Source: Octopus vulgaris
Taxonomy: Eukaryota
DNA: 64,000 bases
Direction: 5' to 3'
Assembly: GCA_951406725.2 (NCBI GenBank)
Contig: OX597835.1
Location: 45,322,001-45,386,000 of the forward strand
Part shown: piece after piece, positions 42,436 to 55,777 of the stretch
Layout: each line of letters opens with the position of its first letter
How positions within the stretch are numbered: position 1 is the stretch's first letter
Notes under the pieces: generated by a model
Told to the model about the DNA's origin: nothing
Seen by the model: the letters and a program-made list of their open reading frames with translations, nothing else
Database searches by the model: none
Translations under genes and position numbers: made by a program

Positions 42436-44134
42436 GTAAGTATGTATATATGCACGGATTACAGCATATTATGCTGCCAATACTAGAAATATAAGTGTCT
42501 GATTTTGAGGGAGAGCGTATTGTGGGTGAATCTGAGAGTAGCGTTAGTCAGCGTAACATTGTACATAACCTTGGAATTTGTTTAGTCACAGCCAATCACA
42601 TGTTTGTTCTATTCCTCGGCGAAAGTATCAACGTCATTTCACGCAGGTCAACCCGGGAACGTTGACAAGTCTCTTCAGACTGTCAAGGGGATTATCGATA
42701 ATAATCTACGTTGCAGAGTAACTCCAAATGATTCGCAATATTTCTATGAAGTATTACCATCCACTTGTTTATAATGGCAGAACAGCTCTAAGGAAACCTC
42801 TTTTTCGGTCTCCAAATAACCAAAGAAGAAACGAGAAATTAATCTTTAAAAATGATAACGTTCATTTGCTGTTGAGCTGAGTAAAGCATAATATTTTGTA
42901 CATTTTGTGAGGAATATATGCAATGTATCGCGGTTCAGTTTCAAGGGGTCCATTTCAATCATTAAACTAATGCCCAGCCGGTTTTTACCTTGTATGTTCT
43001 CTGAAGAAACTCAAAATCTACCTCAATATATCATTTACCGTTTTCTTTATTTTTTAAAACACTATAATGTGAAGCATGAGCGAAAATCGTCTGCTTTATC
43101 AAACAGAACGAACAGACGCTTTCACTGCATCATCTATACTTTTATAATTTCACATCTTCCTAACTTTCCAGTCTTCATTTGCGGAAAAATAGAGGTTATA
43201 TCTATTATTTTCTTGATGCACACCATCGGTTTCACGCTTTTCCTTCAAGACTGTGTGTACGTAATTTTTTTATGTTATTATTTATGAGAGAAATGAGAGA
43301 GTTGAACGATATAATGAAATCAGAAATTTGAAGTGTGAAGAGGATTTTATAATGTAATATAGAATTATCAGCGAGACAATGGTTCTGATTACAAATTAGC
43401 AATTATCTTCAGCGAGTTAGATATGGTCAAGGAGTTCGGGTTTCCAAGTGTGAAGTTTTGCGATCTGACAGATTTCCAATGTAATCTGTCACATCTTATG
43501 ATTTAGTGTTCACACATGACTAAACATAAACGGTAGATCAAAACAAGCGAATCTCTCTCCCTCTCTTCTACTCAGTCTATCTTTCCTTACCTAACTCTCA
43601 TTATATATAGCTTCCTATATTTCTTATCTCTCCCACTCTAAGAGAGAGATATACAGTTTTAACGTTTAATCACAAGCAGTCGTTTCTGCTAAAAACGAAC
43701 TGTATATATGTGTGTAAACATGCATGTATGTATGTATGTATGTATGTATGTATGTATGTATGTATGTATGTATGTATGCATGTATTGTATGCATGTATGT
43801 ATGTATGTATGTATGTATGCATGTATGTATGTATGTATCGATAGATGGATGGATGTATGCATATATGTATGTATAAAAGTGCCTCTCTTTTTATCTATCT
43901 ATATTTTTATCTCTCTCTATTTCTCTGTCTCTGTCTATCTGTCTGCCTCTCGCTCTCTCCCTAAGTATATATATATTTGTGCATGTGGGTGTATGGATAT
44001 ATATATATATATGTGTGTGTATGTATGTTTGTATGTATATATATATATGTGCGTGTATATAGGTACGTATATATATACGTGTGTGTGTATGTGTGTGTGT
44101 ATATATGTATGTATATTTATAGGTATATATTTAC

Positions 44135-44320
44135 ATAGTGAATTCAATGAAAAAACAGTTTAAAAAAGTAATACAAAAGGAAAAGAAAAGAGAGAACAAC
44201 GAACATGAGGACGTGCACGATAATTATATCAGTTTGACGCTGACGTTTTGAGCATGGCTCTTCGTCGGAAACGAGAAAAACAAAAGTTCAAGGAAGAAGG
44301 AAAATCGCTAGTAGCCCACA
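44135..44320 (-). mobile_element. Short element with a hammerhead motif (44241-44272; G12 mutated)
   Basis: Minus strand: gttt CCGACGA a gagc-cat-gctc AAAA CG TC. Confidence 0.6.
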
Positions 44321-44377
44321 TTTACATATATACATACATAAATATATATATGTATATATATATACATATATATATAC

Positions 44378-44433
<56 letters not shown>

Positions 44434-44788
44434 GTATGTTTATATATAGAGAGAGAGACAGACAGACATGCATATACAGGTATATATATTTTTTTTATTT
44501 CGTTTCTGTGAGTGTCTGATAATCATGAAGATTGGCAAGTTCTATAATTTTGGAGGAATTTGGAAAATTTGAAGGTTCTCTTGGTATATTTTTATTTTAT
44601 TGAATATCTATTCCAAGACTATTATAACACTGCTACAAACAGTTTTTCAACTACCTTCTCTGATCCTATGTGCGACGGAGTTGCTACATATCTATGTATC
44701 TTGGATCTATTTTCGCAGAAAAATTATCGATACTGTATATATTATGCATGCGTATTTACAACTATATATGTTATATATATGATATTAG

Positions 44789-45068
44789 TGTACATTTAAA
44801 CACAAAACGAGGCAACCCTTAACAGGCCGCCTTACATGCTAGAAGGAACAGTGAAAAGTCCAAAACCACAGTTAAGGGCAATTTTGAGGGGAATGAAAAA
44901 TAGAATTAAAGTTCGAAACATAGGTCTAGCTGTTAAAAGAAAGGTAAATGTTTTAATTTTTCATTCCCTTCGAAATTGCTCTTAACTGCGCTTTTGAACT
45001 TTTGACTGTTCCTTCTAGCATGTAAGGCGGCCTGTTAAGGGTTACCTCTTTTTGTGCTTAAATGTACA
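44789..45068. mobile_element. MITE-like palindrome with ~120-bp imperfect arms
   Basis: tgtacatttaa...aacccttaacaggccgccttacatgctagaaggaacagt versus actgttccttctagcatgtaaggcggcctgttaagggtt...ttaaatgtaca. Confidence 0.85.
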
Positions 45069-45971
45069 GTAATTTTATATAGAAAATTTGGCCTAGCATG
45101 TATAAAATACATGCTAGGCCACTGCTAGAAAAATTTCTAAAATGTTGCTACCCTATATTATTTTAAGAATATGTTATATATATCTATAATACTTATGTAT
45201 ACGTGCAGCTGTATTATTTCTGTGTATTTGGTGTGAACAATTTAATATTTCCTATATGTGATGTATCTGGGCCTTGCTGTTTCATTTTTCATTACCAATG
45301 AAATCAATTTTAATACTGTTTACAACCACGTCAAATTTGTAATATTGTTATCATTTTAGTGAATAAAATAAAGTGAAATTGCAGTGCGAAATATGATGGA
45401 TGTATATCCAATAGTATACCAATAAATAGTTGCTTTTATAAATTTTGTACCACTTTATATTATCATGCTTTGGTTTGAGATTGAATTATATTTTAGTGAG
45501 GTCCTTGAAAAGAATTGCACGAAGAAATGCTAAAGTTTTATGAATGAATGATGTGGAGAGTTATTTTATTCTGTGTTTATATGAACGGAAAATAAAAATA
45601 TCAAGATACAATTTCACTGAAAATATGTTTTTGTATTATAGTTCAACCAAAATTATATTAGTATAGATATTCTTAAGGTGAGTTTGACAAATATAATTTG
45701 TATAAATGTGTATAACCAAAGTGAGAAAGAAGGTGGGAAACGAGGAGATCACATGTTGCATTGAGTCTCTTATTTCGAAAAAGCTTTTAGTATATACATT
45801 CTGGAGATTTCTGGAAAAAAGGGTGATTTACTTTTGTTTTGTTTTTGTAGAATTGGCAAAAATTCATATTTACATGACCTGGATCCGGCTACCCAGTCTT
45901 CAGCTGTACCACTGTTTTATGTGATTTTCCATATAGGTCCCCATATATATACATATATTTCATTATTAATT

Positions 45972-46016
<45 letters not shown>

Positions 46017-46296
46017 TGATAACTATGTGCGGTTTAATGATATATATATATATATATATATAAACATATATGCTAGAAATAAGAGTCAAAACAACTCATA
46101 GCTACGTGAAAGCACTGACAAGGGAAGCAAGCTTCCTACAACATCCGGTACATAACCAGACCACCAGTCATTTTGCATTTTATCAATGCTCTTCAGTGGC
46201 TCCCGCCCGGCTGCCTAGGGTTAAGCTAGCTCGCCTAGTCACTTTATAAGTATTACCATAAATTTCAAATAAGCCTTATACCTTTACGTTATATAT

Positions 46297-46349
<53 letters not shown>

Positions 46350-46351
<2 letters not shown>

Positions 46352-46676
46352 TTTGAGTTGATTTAGTTTCAGCTCATGAGCTGTGGCCATGCTGGTGCCC
46401 CACCATTTGGTGTTGCTACATAATTTTGCTTCACTAATTCTTTGTAGAAATTGACATTTGGTGCATGAGAGAGTTTGATGCCGCTGCCATCATCTACACT
46501 TCCTGCTGTGAAGTTGGTATATCTGGAACACTTGATAGTAAGAGGTCAAGTTTCATTTTGAAAACACCTACATCAATCCCATATAGGTCTCTCAGGTCCT
46601 TTGGGAGGATATTGAAGAGCTGTGGTCTCTTAAAGCCTGGGCTGTCGCAGTATCTTGTCCTATATTTTGATGGCAA
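46350..46676 (-). mobile_element. CR1/L2-group LINE 3' end
   Basis: [14 protein letters not shown]...[16 protein letters not shown] and tail cagcatggccaCAGCTCatGAGCTGaaac. Confidence 0.8.
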
Positions 46677-46698
46677 ATATATATGTATGCATATATAG

Positions 46699-46731
<33 letters not shown>

Positions 46732-46796
46732 TGTATGTATGTATGTATGTATGTATGTATGTATGTATATATATATATATATGTATGTACGTATAT

Positions 46797-46831
<35 letters not shown>

Positions 46832-46899
46832 TATGTGTATGTATGTATGTATGTATGTACGTACGTATGTATGTATATATATATATATATGTATGTACG

Positions 46900-46950
<51 letters not shown>

Positions 46951-47104
46951 TTACGTGAGCAGAGTTAGCGGTTCGAATAACTATCTAAGGGATATGAACA
47001 TCCGTTCTTACTACCCGTATCATTTACCTATGCTATCCCTGGGCATGGGTATGCAAACACACTATGCTCATAGAGTACAGGTAACAACAGAATAAAATAG
47101 AATT

Positions 47105-47325
47105 TATCAGGAATCAAATTTGAAATAAGCGGAAGAGGGAGAAAACTTTTGGTCAGTAAACAAACACAGTGACCAACATCGGTTATTCATTTTTCAATAC
47201 AAAACATAGCGTTACATATGTTATGTAATGTTATGTTTTGTATGAAACAATACTTAACCGATGTTGGTCAATTTGTTTGTTTGTTGTTTTCTCAATTTTC
47301 TGCTTATTTAAATGTTATATTGATA
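47105..47325. repeat. Degenerate AT-rich palindrome (old MITE-like)
   Basis: tgaccaacatcggtta...atacaaaacata pairs with tatgttttgtat...taaccgatgttggtca, centred near 47220. Confidence 0.7.
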
Positions 47326-47842
47326 TATATATATATATATGAAAAAAACAAGTCAAGATAGAAAATGCTAAAATAAATTTACAAAGAACAGTTTCAGTCA
47401 TTTTGAGACATTTTCAACTGTAGCGATTAAATGATTAAATTTAGAAAAATTAAAAGAAAAGTTCTTTTAAAAGAATATTTGTATAGTGTTCAAATATAGG
47501 TGGCATTTTCCTTGTTTCTGCCTTTCTCTGTCTCTCTTGTTTACACTTGTGGGTTCGAGGTCGTATATATATATATACGTACATACATACATACACACAC
47601 AGAGAAATATTAAGTCCATGCTTATATATTAGTGTGGGTTTGTGTATGTGTGTCCGTATTGTTTGCTATTTGGGTTTCATTGGATCATGATGTTGATTGA
47701 ATGATTTAAAAAGAAAACGGGAGCAGATAATTTAGGATTTATATTGAAGTTCTAATCATACAAATATGTCAATTTATCTATATATGTATACGTAAGACAT
47801 GTAAGGTTTGTACAGCCACATATATACACACACACACACCCA

Positions 47843-47910
<68 letters not shown>

Positions 47911-48690
47911 CAGGTATAAAAAAGATGAGCTACCTGAATGCGTAAATTATGATGTTTCCTACCATCTTTATTTACTTTCTTTAATAGTGTCAATTGACCG
48001 AAATATTCGGATCATATTCTTGGAATCCGCTTTCTGGTTTTAAATAGACAAATTGCTAAAAGCACTACAAAACTTTGCAACACTAATGGAAGATTACACT
48101 AAATGTTAAGAACATTTAAACTTTGTAACATTTCAGTGTTCTGCCTGGAGAAATATAACATAGATACAAATTTTGCACAGTTGTTTTGCAGTTCGTAGTA
48201 AAATCTAATTTAACAAAGATGGAATTTGAATGTAATTAGAAAGATTCTTAAAATATTTAGTTCAATTTATTCTTTTACCTACTATGACGTTTTACCAATA
48301 AGTCACAAGGCGTATTGTTCTGAAAGATTTGGTGTTACTGCTAACACTTGTAATGGAGTATGACAGGATAACAAGATACATTTTGCGCACAAAGGCACGG
48401 GAGTACTGAAGTAATCAGTATAACATTCGGGAGAGAATTTCTGAGTCACCTAGATTGATATTTATTGTAATTTTAGACACTGGTGAGTGGAAGTCGAAGG
48501 CTGTACGTGATTCCAAGCCAGACAAAACTACATATATCCACGAAGTATGTATTTTACTGTGTTCTATCAATAGGGCGTAGTATGTGGGTGTGTGTGAATG
48601 TGTGCTCTGAGGGGGTGTACATACATATACATTTTTATGTATGCTCATATATGCATATATAATATATATTTACATTATATATCTTATATG

Positions 48691-48721
<31 letters not shown>

Positions 48722-48792
48722 GTATAGATATATATATATATGTATATATATATATGTATATATATATGTATATATATGTATATATATATATG

Positions 48793-48876
<84 letters not shown>

Positions 48877-49089
48877 TATTCCCATATGTGTGTGTGTGTG
48901 TGTATATTCCCAGGCTTCCACGTAGGTGTTTGTACAACAAGGAGATAAGGAATAGTGAATGGCACAGTTGATAATGCTGGTGGCAGTTGAACATTGAACT
49001 GACAGCCTGACATTACAATAGATAAAAACTATACGTGCTCTAACCATGTTATCAATCGGTGTAGGTTCTAAGGTATAATAGATAAATAT

Positions 49090-49560
49090 ATACATTCCAC
49101 TGACGAAATCATTATACGAAGGCGCTATGAACAAAGATAAAGCGAATGAAGAATATTACACCAAACTTATTAAAAAAGGTAGTTGGAAATCCTTTACACC
49201 AATACAATATCCCTCAATACATTCGCGGCATCAATGCTGATTGAAAAATTTGCGATACGTGACTGGAAGCACGCCCCATAGACATTCAAATCTCATATCA
49301 AGTGTAATCTTCCCTCGAAAAGTGATATCGACAGGTTCTACATAAGAAGAGATATCAAGTGGAATCTTCCATCGAAAAGCGATATCGACAGGTTCTACCT
49401 AAGTAGAGATAAAGGCGGTAGAGGATTAAGGTGAGTGCAGACAGAATTTGAATGTTGCATGGTGTCTCTCAGAAAGAACCTGTTAAACAACGGTCGTAAA
49501 AATAAAGGCACTGTGTTGAAAAGCGAAGAGAACCGCATCTTAAGTAGTGATCACGTGAGG
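49090..49560 (+). mobile_element. Decayed R4/Dong-like reverse transcriptase fragment with an internal 57-bp tandem duplication (49295-49411)
   Basis: Translates LNTFAASML...DW and NLPSKSDIDRFYLSRDKGGRGL, the RLY..R..GGRGL motif of RLE-type RTs. Confidence 0.7.
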
Positions 49561-50289
49561 AAACGGTCTTTTCCTGATGACCTGCCATAGAGCCCCGAAA
49601 TAGCTGAACTAAAATTGCTCAATGAAGACCTAGGAGAGAAGCACATGGCATAGTAAAACTGACTGTGCGTGCATATGTTTTCTGAGAGACGTGTGGATGA
49701 AACTTTTATCGAAATGAAGTGAAACCTTGTTTGGAATCAACGACCGTTACTTCACATCACATTTCAAAGGCTATGCGTTTGTTTCTCCTAGACGTGGATG
49801 GCGTTACGCTTACCTAATAAGAAAAAAAGGGACTGTGAAGCCTTTTGGATTCCCATTATGCAAACAAAAATGTCGATTATGTTATACGACACCATTGGTA
49901 AAGAAGACTATCCCATGATCCGTAAAGAGAAAGTCCCTGTTATTGACTACATTAATAAACACCGACGCAAGGAACATTACCGCAGCATTGTTATTATTCT
50001 TTATTTTTCAATGACAGAGCTTCGTATCTTTGTTCGGGACCAGCTCGTTCCATAGAGAAAGATGTCAAAATATATAAAAAGTAGAAGACAACGTATGTGC
50101 ACTTCATGTATGCCACAGGGATACAGTTTTAGAAAAAGAGAATCAGAAGTCCTTTCAAATGATATTCTACAATCTGGAAAGAAAGTGATTAGGAGATACA
50201 GATATAAGCTACAAACAAATTCGCTACACGGAAATACATCTCAACGCTTATCTACGAACAAGTTATGTTTAATAATAAAATCACCTATT

Positions 50290-50400
50290 TGCCTACGTTT
50301 TCACATCATCTTCTTCGGAATAGTTCACTTGCACAGCAATACACCGGTCCCAGTGTTCTTGATGCTTTTGGATTCGCTCTGGATCACAACAACATCGAAA
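50290..50400 (-). mobile_element. Possible mariner transposase C-terminal remnant
   Basis: HWDRCIAVQVNYSEED resembles the mariner C-terminal W..C...G.YFE motif. Confidence 0.4.
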
Positions 50401-50454
50401 AATACACTTGGGAATGAGAACCCAGGTTCAAAAGACACTGGGTTCCTCGTGTTC

Positions 50455-51178
50455 TTCGCTTTGCGATGTTCCTCTACCCTTATTTTGAGGGGGTGGCATA
50501 TTTTGCCTTTGTATAACCTACCACACCTGCATGGGATGGAGTACACGCAGTTCTTAGTCATATTCTCTTGTAGTGGTGGTTTTACTCGAAGGAGATAATT
50601 GCGAATATTGTATTACTCTTGAATACTGTCCTGATGTCATATGGACCGCATATCTTTTGTATCTTTCCGGAGAGGCCTTTCACATAGGATAGACAGACTA
50701 TGGACAGTTTATCGGTTTTATCCTCTCTTTTCCTCATAATTGGAGTGGAGAGTATGGTTTTGGGGTAGTTGTTGCTTAACAGATTGTTACTGAGCTTGAT
50801 CATTTCTTCGTGGTGTGTATCACGATCGCTACTTATATTCATTGTTCGATCTTTTAGGCACTGAGCAATCCCTCTCTTTACACTGTATGGATGGTGGGAG
50901 TTAAAGTTCAGGTATCGTCCAGTGAAGGTCGGCTTGCGATATACGGATGTTCTGAATCCATACTTGGTGCGTGTTATTAATACGTCCAGGAATGCTAGCT
51001 GATTGTCTTTTTCTTTTCCCATTGTGAACCGTATGGATCGCTTTATTGAGTTCACATGATCTAACAGCACTTGGAGATCTTGCTGGTGGGGCCAGAGTAC
51101 GAAGGTGTCATCAACATATCGCAGCCATAGGGTTGGTTTTGTGGTGTTGATCCTAAAGCCAAATTTTCAAAGTATTCT
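50455..51178 (-). mobile_element. Penelope-like element fragment (RT C-terminal half plus GIY-YIG endonuclease start), frameshifted
   Basis: WLRYVDDTFVLW, IRFTM.KE...LAFLDVLI, VYRKPTFTGRYLNFNSHHP and NNYP, then CVYSIPCRCGRLYKG...LKIRVEEH. Confidence 0.92.
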
Positions 51179-51282
51179 TAAGCAGGCCGAGTGCGGATAT
51201 GAACAGCATATGCGAACCGGTATTAAGGTATAGGAGGATATTAGATTTATAAGCCCTAAAAGTTCCTCCATAATTGCCTACG

Positions 51283-51353
51283 GGCATATGGTGTAGTGTT
51301 TAGGATCACGGGCTACTAACCCCAAAATTTTGAGTTCGATTCCAGGCAGTAAC
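51283..51353 (+). mobile_element. Isolated tRNA-like SINE head
   Basis: tggtgtagtgtttagg A-box-like and gagttcgattcc B-box; no convincing cloverleaf. Confidence 0.45.
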
Positions 51354-51687
51354 ATATTATTATTAATAATTTTTATTATTAACATTATTAAGAATAATAA
51401 TAATATATTTAAAAAAAATAGCTGCATATATACGTGAGGCGTAACTAATAACGGTAAGTATAGGTATCGATAGGCATCAACTTCTGGGGTAAGCTGCTCA
51501 AGCGAATACACTCGCACGATATCACAATAAAATCTTAAATATTAAGTATATATGAAGATACAGACAAGCATAAGCGGATAGATCGTAAGATATGCCAGGT
51601 GTATATGTAAACGCACACAACGAGCATACACATACGCATAATTTCACTCGATGTTAGTAAATGAGAAGGCAGAAATAAGGAATCTTT

Positions 51688-52315
51688 GAAGGTGTCGAGC
51701 TGGCAGAGTCGTTAGCACGCCGGGCGAAATGCTCAGCCGTATTCCGTCTGCAGTTACGTTCTAAATTCGAATTCCGCCGAGGTCGACTTTGCCTTTCATC
51801 CTTTCGGGGTCGATAAATTAAGTACCAGTTACGCACTGGAGTCGATGTAATCGACTTAATCCGTTTGTCTGTCATTGTTTGTCCCCTCTGTGTTTAGCCC
51901 CTTGTGGGTAGTAAAAAGATAGGTATTTCGTCTGCGTTGCGTTCTGAGTTCAAATTACACCGGGTCCACTTTGCTTTTCATATTTTCGGGTTCGATAAAT
52001 TAAGTACTATTTGTACACTTGATCGATCTAATCCACTGTCCCGCCCCCTCGAAAATTTCAGGCCTTGTGCCTATAGTGGAAAGATTTATCATTATTGTTA
52101 CTGCTTAAGGCGGGGAGCTGGCAGAATCGTTAGCAAGCCCGGCGTGATAACGATTCTTCTGTCCTTCATGTTCTGAGTTCAAATGCAGCTGAGGTCGACT
52201 TATCCTTTCATCTTTTCGGATTCGATAAAATAAGTACCTGTTGCATACTAGGGTAGATTTAATCAACTGCCGCCTCGCCCAAAATTTCAGGCTTTGTGCC
52301 TATAATAGAAAAATC
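51688..52315 (+). mobile_element. Cluster of three head-to-tail SINE family A copies
   Basis: The central domain recurs at ~51780, ~51965 and ~52195. Confidence 0.85.
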
Positions 52316-53170
52316 TTTCGACAAATAAGGAATCTTGGGACAAATAAGCTGAAAAGGGACACATGAACCAAGTTATATAAATTGATGTAAGCCAAACCGC
52401 CCATGTACACGCATATAGCATACGTATGTGTAAGATCCTGAGCATAAAGAAAACTGAATTGGGGAAAATCTGGGTAGAAAGTATAGGGATATAAGAAGAT
52501 TCCCGAGAAAATTAAAAAGTAACCTCATTATTATACTGGCTACGGGGAGGGAATGGTGTTGGAAGGGTACTTTCCACAACCAGATGCCCACATTACAAGG
52601 GAATTCTATATCGTGTAGAAGCGAAACAGAACCAAAAGTTCGGTATACTAATTAGTAAATTAGGTGGAAGAACTACTAGGGAACAACGCAACGACGTTAC
52701 CGATGTTTAAATGGACAAAATACCGATCTAGAGGCGGGAAATCGAGGTTGATTGAGAAATTTTTAGTCGCTACAAATAACAGCCGGAAATTGAAAAATAA
52801 ATTGATGAAAGCTTTAATCGATTGCGTCTACTTCACTTCATCAATCGAAGAGAATTGAGTAACCAATTTGTTTATATACACAATAAATCCAATAGCCACA
52901 GAGAACCGGACGATTTGCACGCTTCAGAGAATTTGCATGCCATAATTGTTTAACAGTTTATTCCCCATTAGTTGCTTGTCAATGGGGATGCCAGTCCACA
53001 CACCATCGTAGCATGGTAGAATATATCTAACCCTACTTAGTTGGCAGAGAAGCACAAAAAAAAATTATCTATTTCTCCATTGATTGAAAAACTGGTGAAT
53101 AAGCTTCATCGGTTTTCGAAACTTAATGGGTTCTCAACACATACACACTCACACACATATACATACACAC

Positions 53171-53224
<54 letters not shown>

Positions 53225-53403
53225 TCTATATTTTCGTTGTTTAAGAAAAATGTCCATTTCCTTGGTTTTGTGTTTATGTTTTCGTTTCTCATTGTATTCG
53301 ACGTTTTTGTGGCGTCCTGTACCCATATATGCATGTATATATACATATAGATGTAGGTACGTACATATATGTATGTATGCATATGTTTTATTTATTATTT
53401 TGT

Positions 53404-53446
<43 letters not shown>

Positions 53447-53497
53447 CTTATATATATATATGCATATAGATTTATATATTATGTAGACACACACACA

Positions 53498-53557
<60 letters not shown>

Positions 53558-53883
53558 CGTACATACATATAAGTTCATATGTGTGTGTGTGTATGTATAA
53601 ATACACACAGACTCATACCTATGTCATGAGATCGACTTGAAAATCGGCTGTTGATGTATACCTCTGGTAACAATGCGTTTTGTATTGCTTTAGCTTTCGA
53701 ATGAGACCATTCCAGTGGCCAACGAAGAGGCCAACAATTCCCATGGTCGGGAAGATAATCAGTCGGAGAGTTATTCTTCAAAAGGTGAGTGCTTTGGCGC
53801 AATGTCAGATGAAGAGTTTTTTTCACAAGAACGCAGCGCAACGCTCGGTCTCAGAATCAAACTGAGGCACTTACGTTAACGGG

Positions 53884-54007
53884 AGCAGGCAGGGGTGTGT
53901 TGTAAGAAGTTTGCATTTCAACCATATGGCTCCAGGTTCAGTTCCACTGCGTGGTATCTTGATCGATTATCTTCTGCTATATACTGGGGCCGACGATAGC
54001 CTTGTGA

Positions 54008-54058
<51 letters not shown>

Positions 54059-54363
54059 GATGCGCAATGGCCCAGTGCTTAGGGCAGCGGATGCGCGGTC
54101 GTAGGATCGCGGTTTCGATACCCAGACCGGGCGTTGTGAGTGTTTATTGAGCGAAAACACCTAAAGCTCCACGAGGCTCCGGCAGGGGTTGGTGGCGAAC
54201 CCTGCTGCACTCTTTCGCCGCAACTTTCTCTCACTCTTTCTTCTGTTGGCCTGCTCGCTTAGCCAGCGGGGTGGCGTCATTTGAAGGCTAAAACAATGCG
54301 GAGCGCATTGTGACCAGCGATGTGTAGCAACATCTGATAGCCTGGTCGGTCACGGTGATCACG

Positions 54364-54444
<81 letters not shown>

Positions 54445-54560
54445 CATTGTGTCTGTGTTTGTCCCCCCACCCATCGCTTGATAACCGATGTCAGTGTGTT
54501 TATGTTTCTGTAACTTAGCTTTTCGGCAAAAAAGAGAGATTCAATAAGTACTAGGCTTAT
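53884..54560 (+). mobile_element. SINE family B split by a nested family C SINE
   Basis: Family B 5' half at 53884-54010 and 3' half at ~54440-54560. Confidence 0.75.
54058..54370 (+). mobile_element. SINE family C, full length
   Basis: gcgcaatggcccagtg ... ggtttcgataccc ... ggtcacggtgatcacggtgat(at)n. Confidence 0.9.
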
Positions 54561-54814
54561 TACTAGTACAATAAGTGTTTCGTGCTTTACACTCATGAGC
54601 GAGTACGATTACTGCTCCTGTACCTGGACCTGTTGATGATGGGTTTTTGTTCTTGAGCAAAACATTTTACTTTAAGCTGCTACAGTCCAGTTAGTAAGAA
54701 AAAAATGTGTAATCCTGTAGGGGAATGTAGTCTGCATCATGATGAAATATACACGTGAGAGTATGCGGGGAACCGACCCATAGAGCCCAGGCTACGTAAG
54801 GGAAGCTTAATACC

Positions 54815-55112
54815 ACCAATGGAGAAGTTCTTAAGCAGATCAGGCCGAAAATGTCGCTAGAAGCTAGGATCACCAAGCATAGATTGGCATATTTCGGTCA
54901 TATTATGCGGAGAAAATCCCTGGAGGAGGACATCATACTCGGAATGGTCAGTGAGAAGAGAGGAAGAGGCCGGCCAAGAACCCGCTGGCTTGACACCTTC
55001 AAGAGTGATACCGGAATGGACATTGCCAATCTGAAAGAAGCGGCCCAGGATAGAACTGACTGGAGGACACTGATCCAACGAGTGACCGAGAGTCGACTTC
55101 GACTGAGCGGAT
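54815..55112 (+). mobile_element. RTE (BovB-like) LINE 3' end
   Basis: SLEARITKHRLAYFGHIMRRKSLEEDIILGMV..KRGRGRPRTRWLD...AQDRTDWRTLIQRVTESRLRL. Confidence 0.92.
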
Positions 55113-55727
55113 ATATAGATATATTTTTGTACGCATATATGCGTTCATAAATATGTAATGTTGTTAATGCATATTATGTTCTTGATTTAACTCCCAAGCT
55201 CTTCGTCTGCAATCTTACACCACCGTAACCTTTACCAACGCCAAGGCAAATGGCTACCGCGAAGATATTTCAAACACAGACAGGGAATCACGCGCATACT
55301 GACAGACATATACAAAGATTCATTACAGAGAAAGATCTATGCGTATGCATGTGTGTATGTGTATATATGTGTGTGTGTTGGTGTGTGCTTGTGTGTGCTT
55401 GTGCTTGTGTGTGTATTTGTATGTATATATTTTAAATGTAGTCGTGCATTCATATCCATATGATACTATATATATATATATATATATGGGCCTGTGTCAG
55501 TATGTGTCGGCGTGCCTGTGTATGTGTGTGTGTGTGTGCAAGTATGTATATAAACGAAATTATTCTATGCCTGCGTATATTTGAGGGACGTTTGCGCATA
55601 TATTATTTGTTTTCATCATATTTTTCAAATCTTTATACTTAAAATTTTCTCTCTATATATGACTCATCCCAGTACGAACATATATAAATGTATACAGTAT
55701 ATATGTTACACGTATATGTGTAGTTTA

Positions 55728-55777
<50 letters not shown>

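Noticed and set aside
49282-49430. Candidate exon ending AAG|GTGAGT with an in-frame 57-bp repeat
   Set aside because: The peptide is the RT motif of an R4/Dong-like retrotransposon, not a host exon.
49573-49610. CTGATGA...CGAAA motif
   Set aside because: No stem II complementarity; likely chance.
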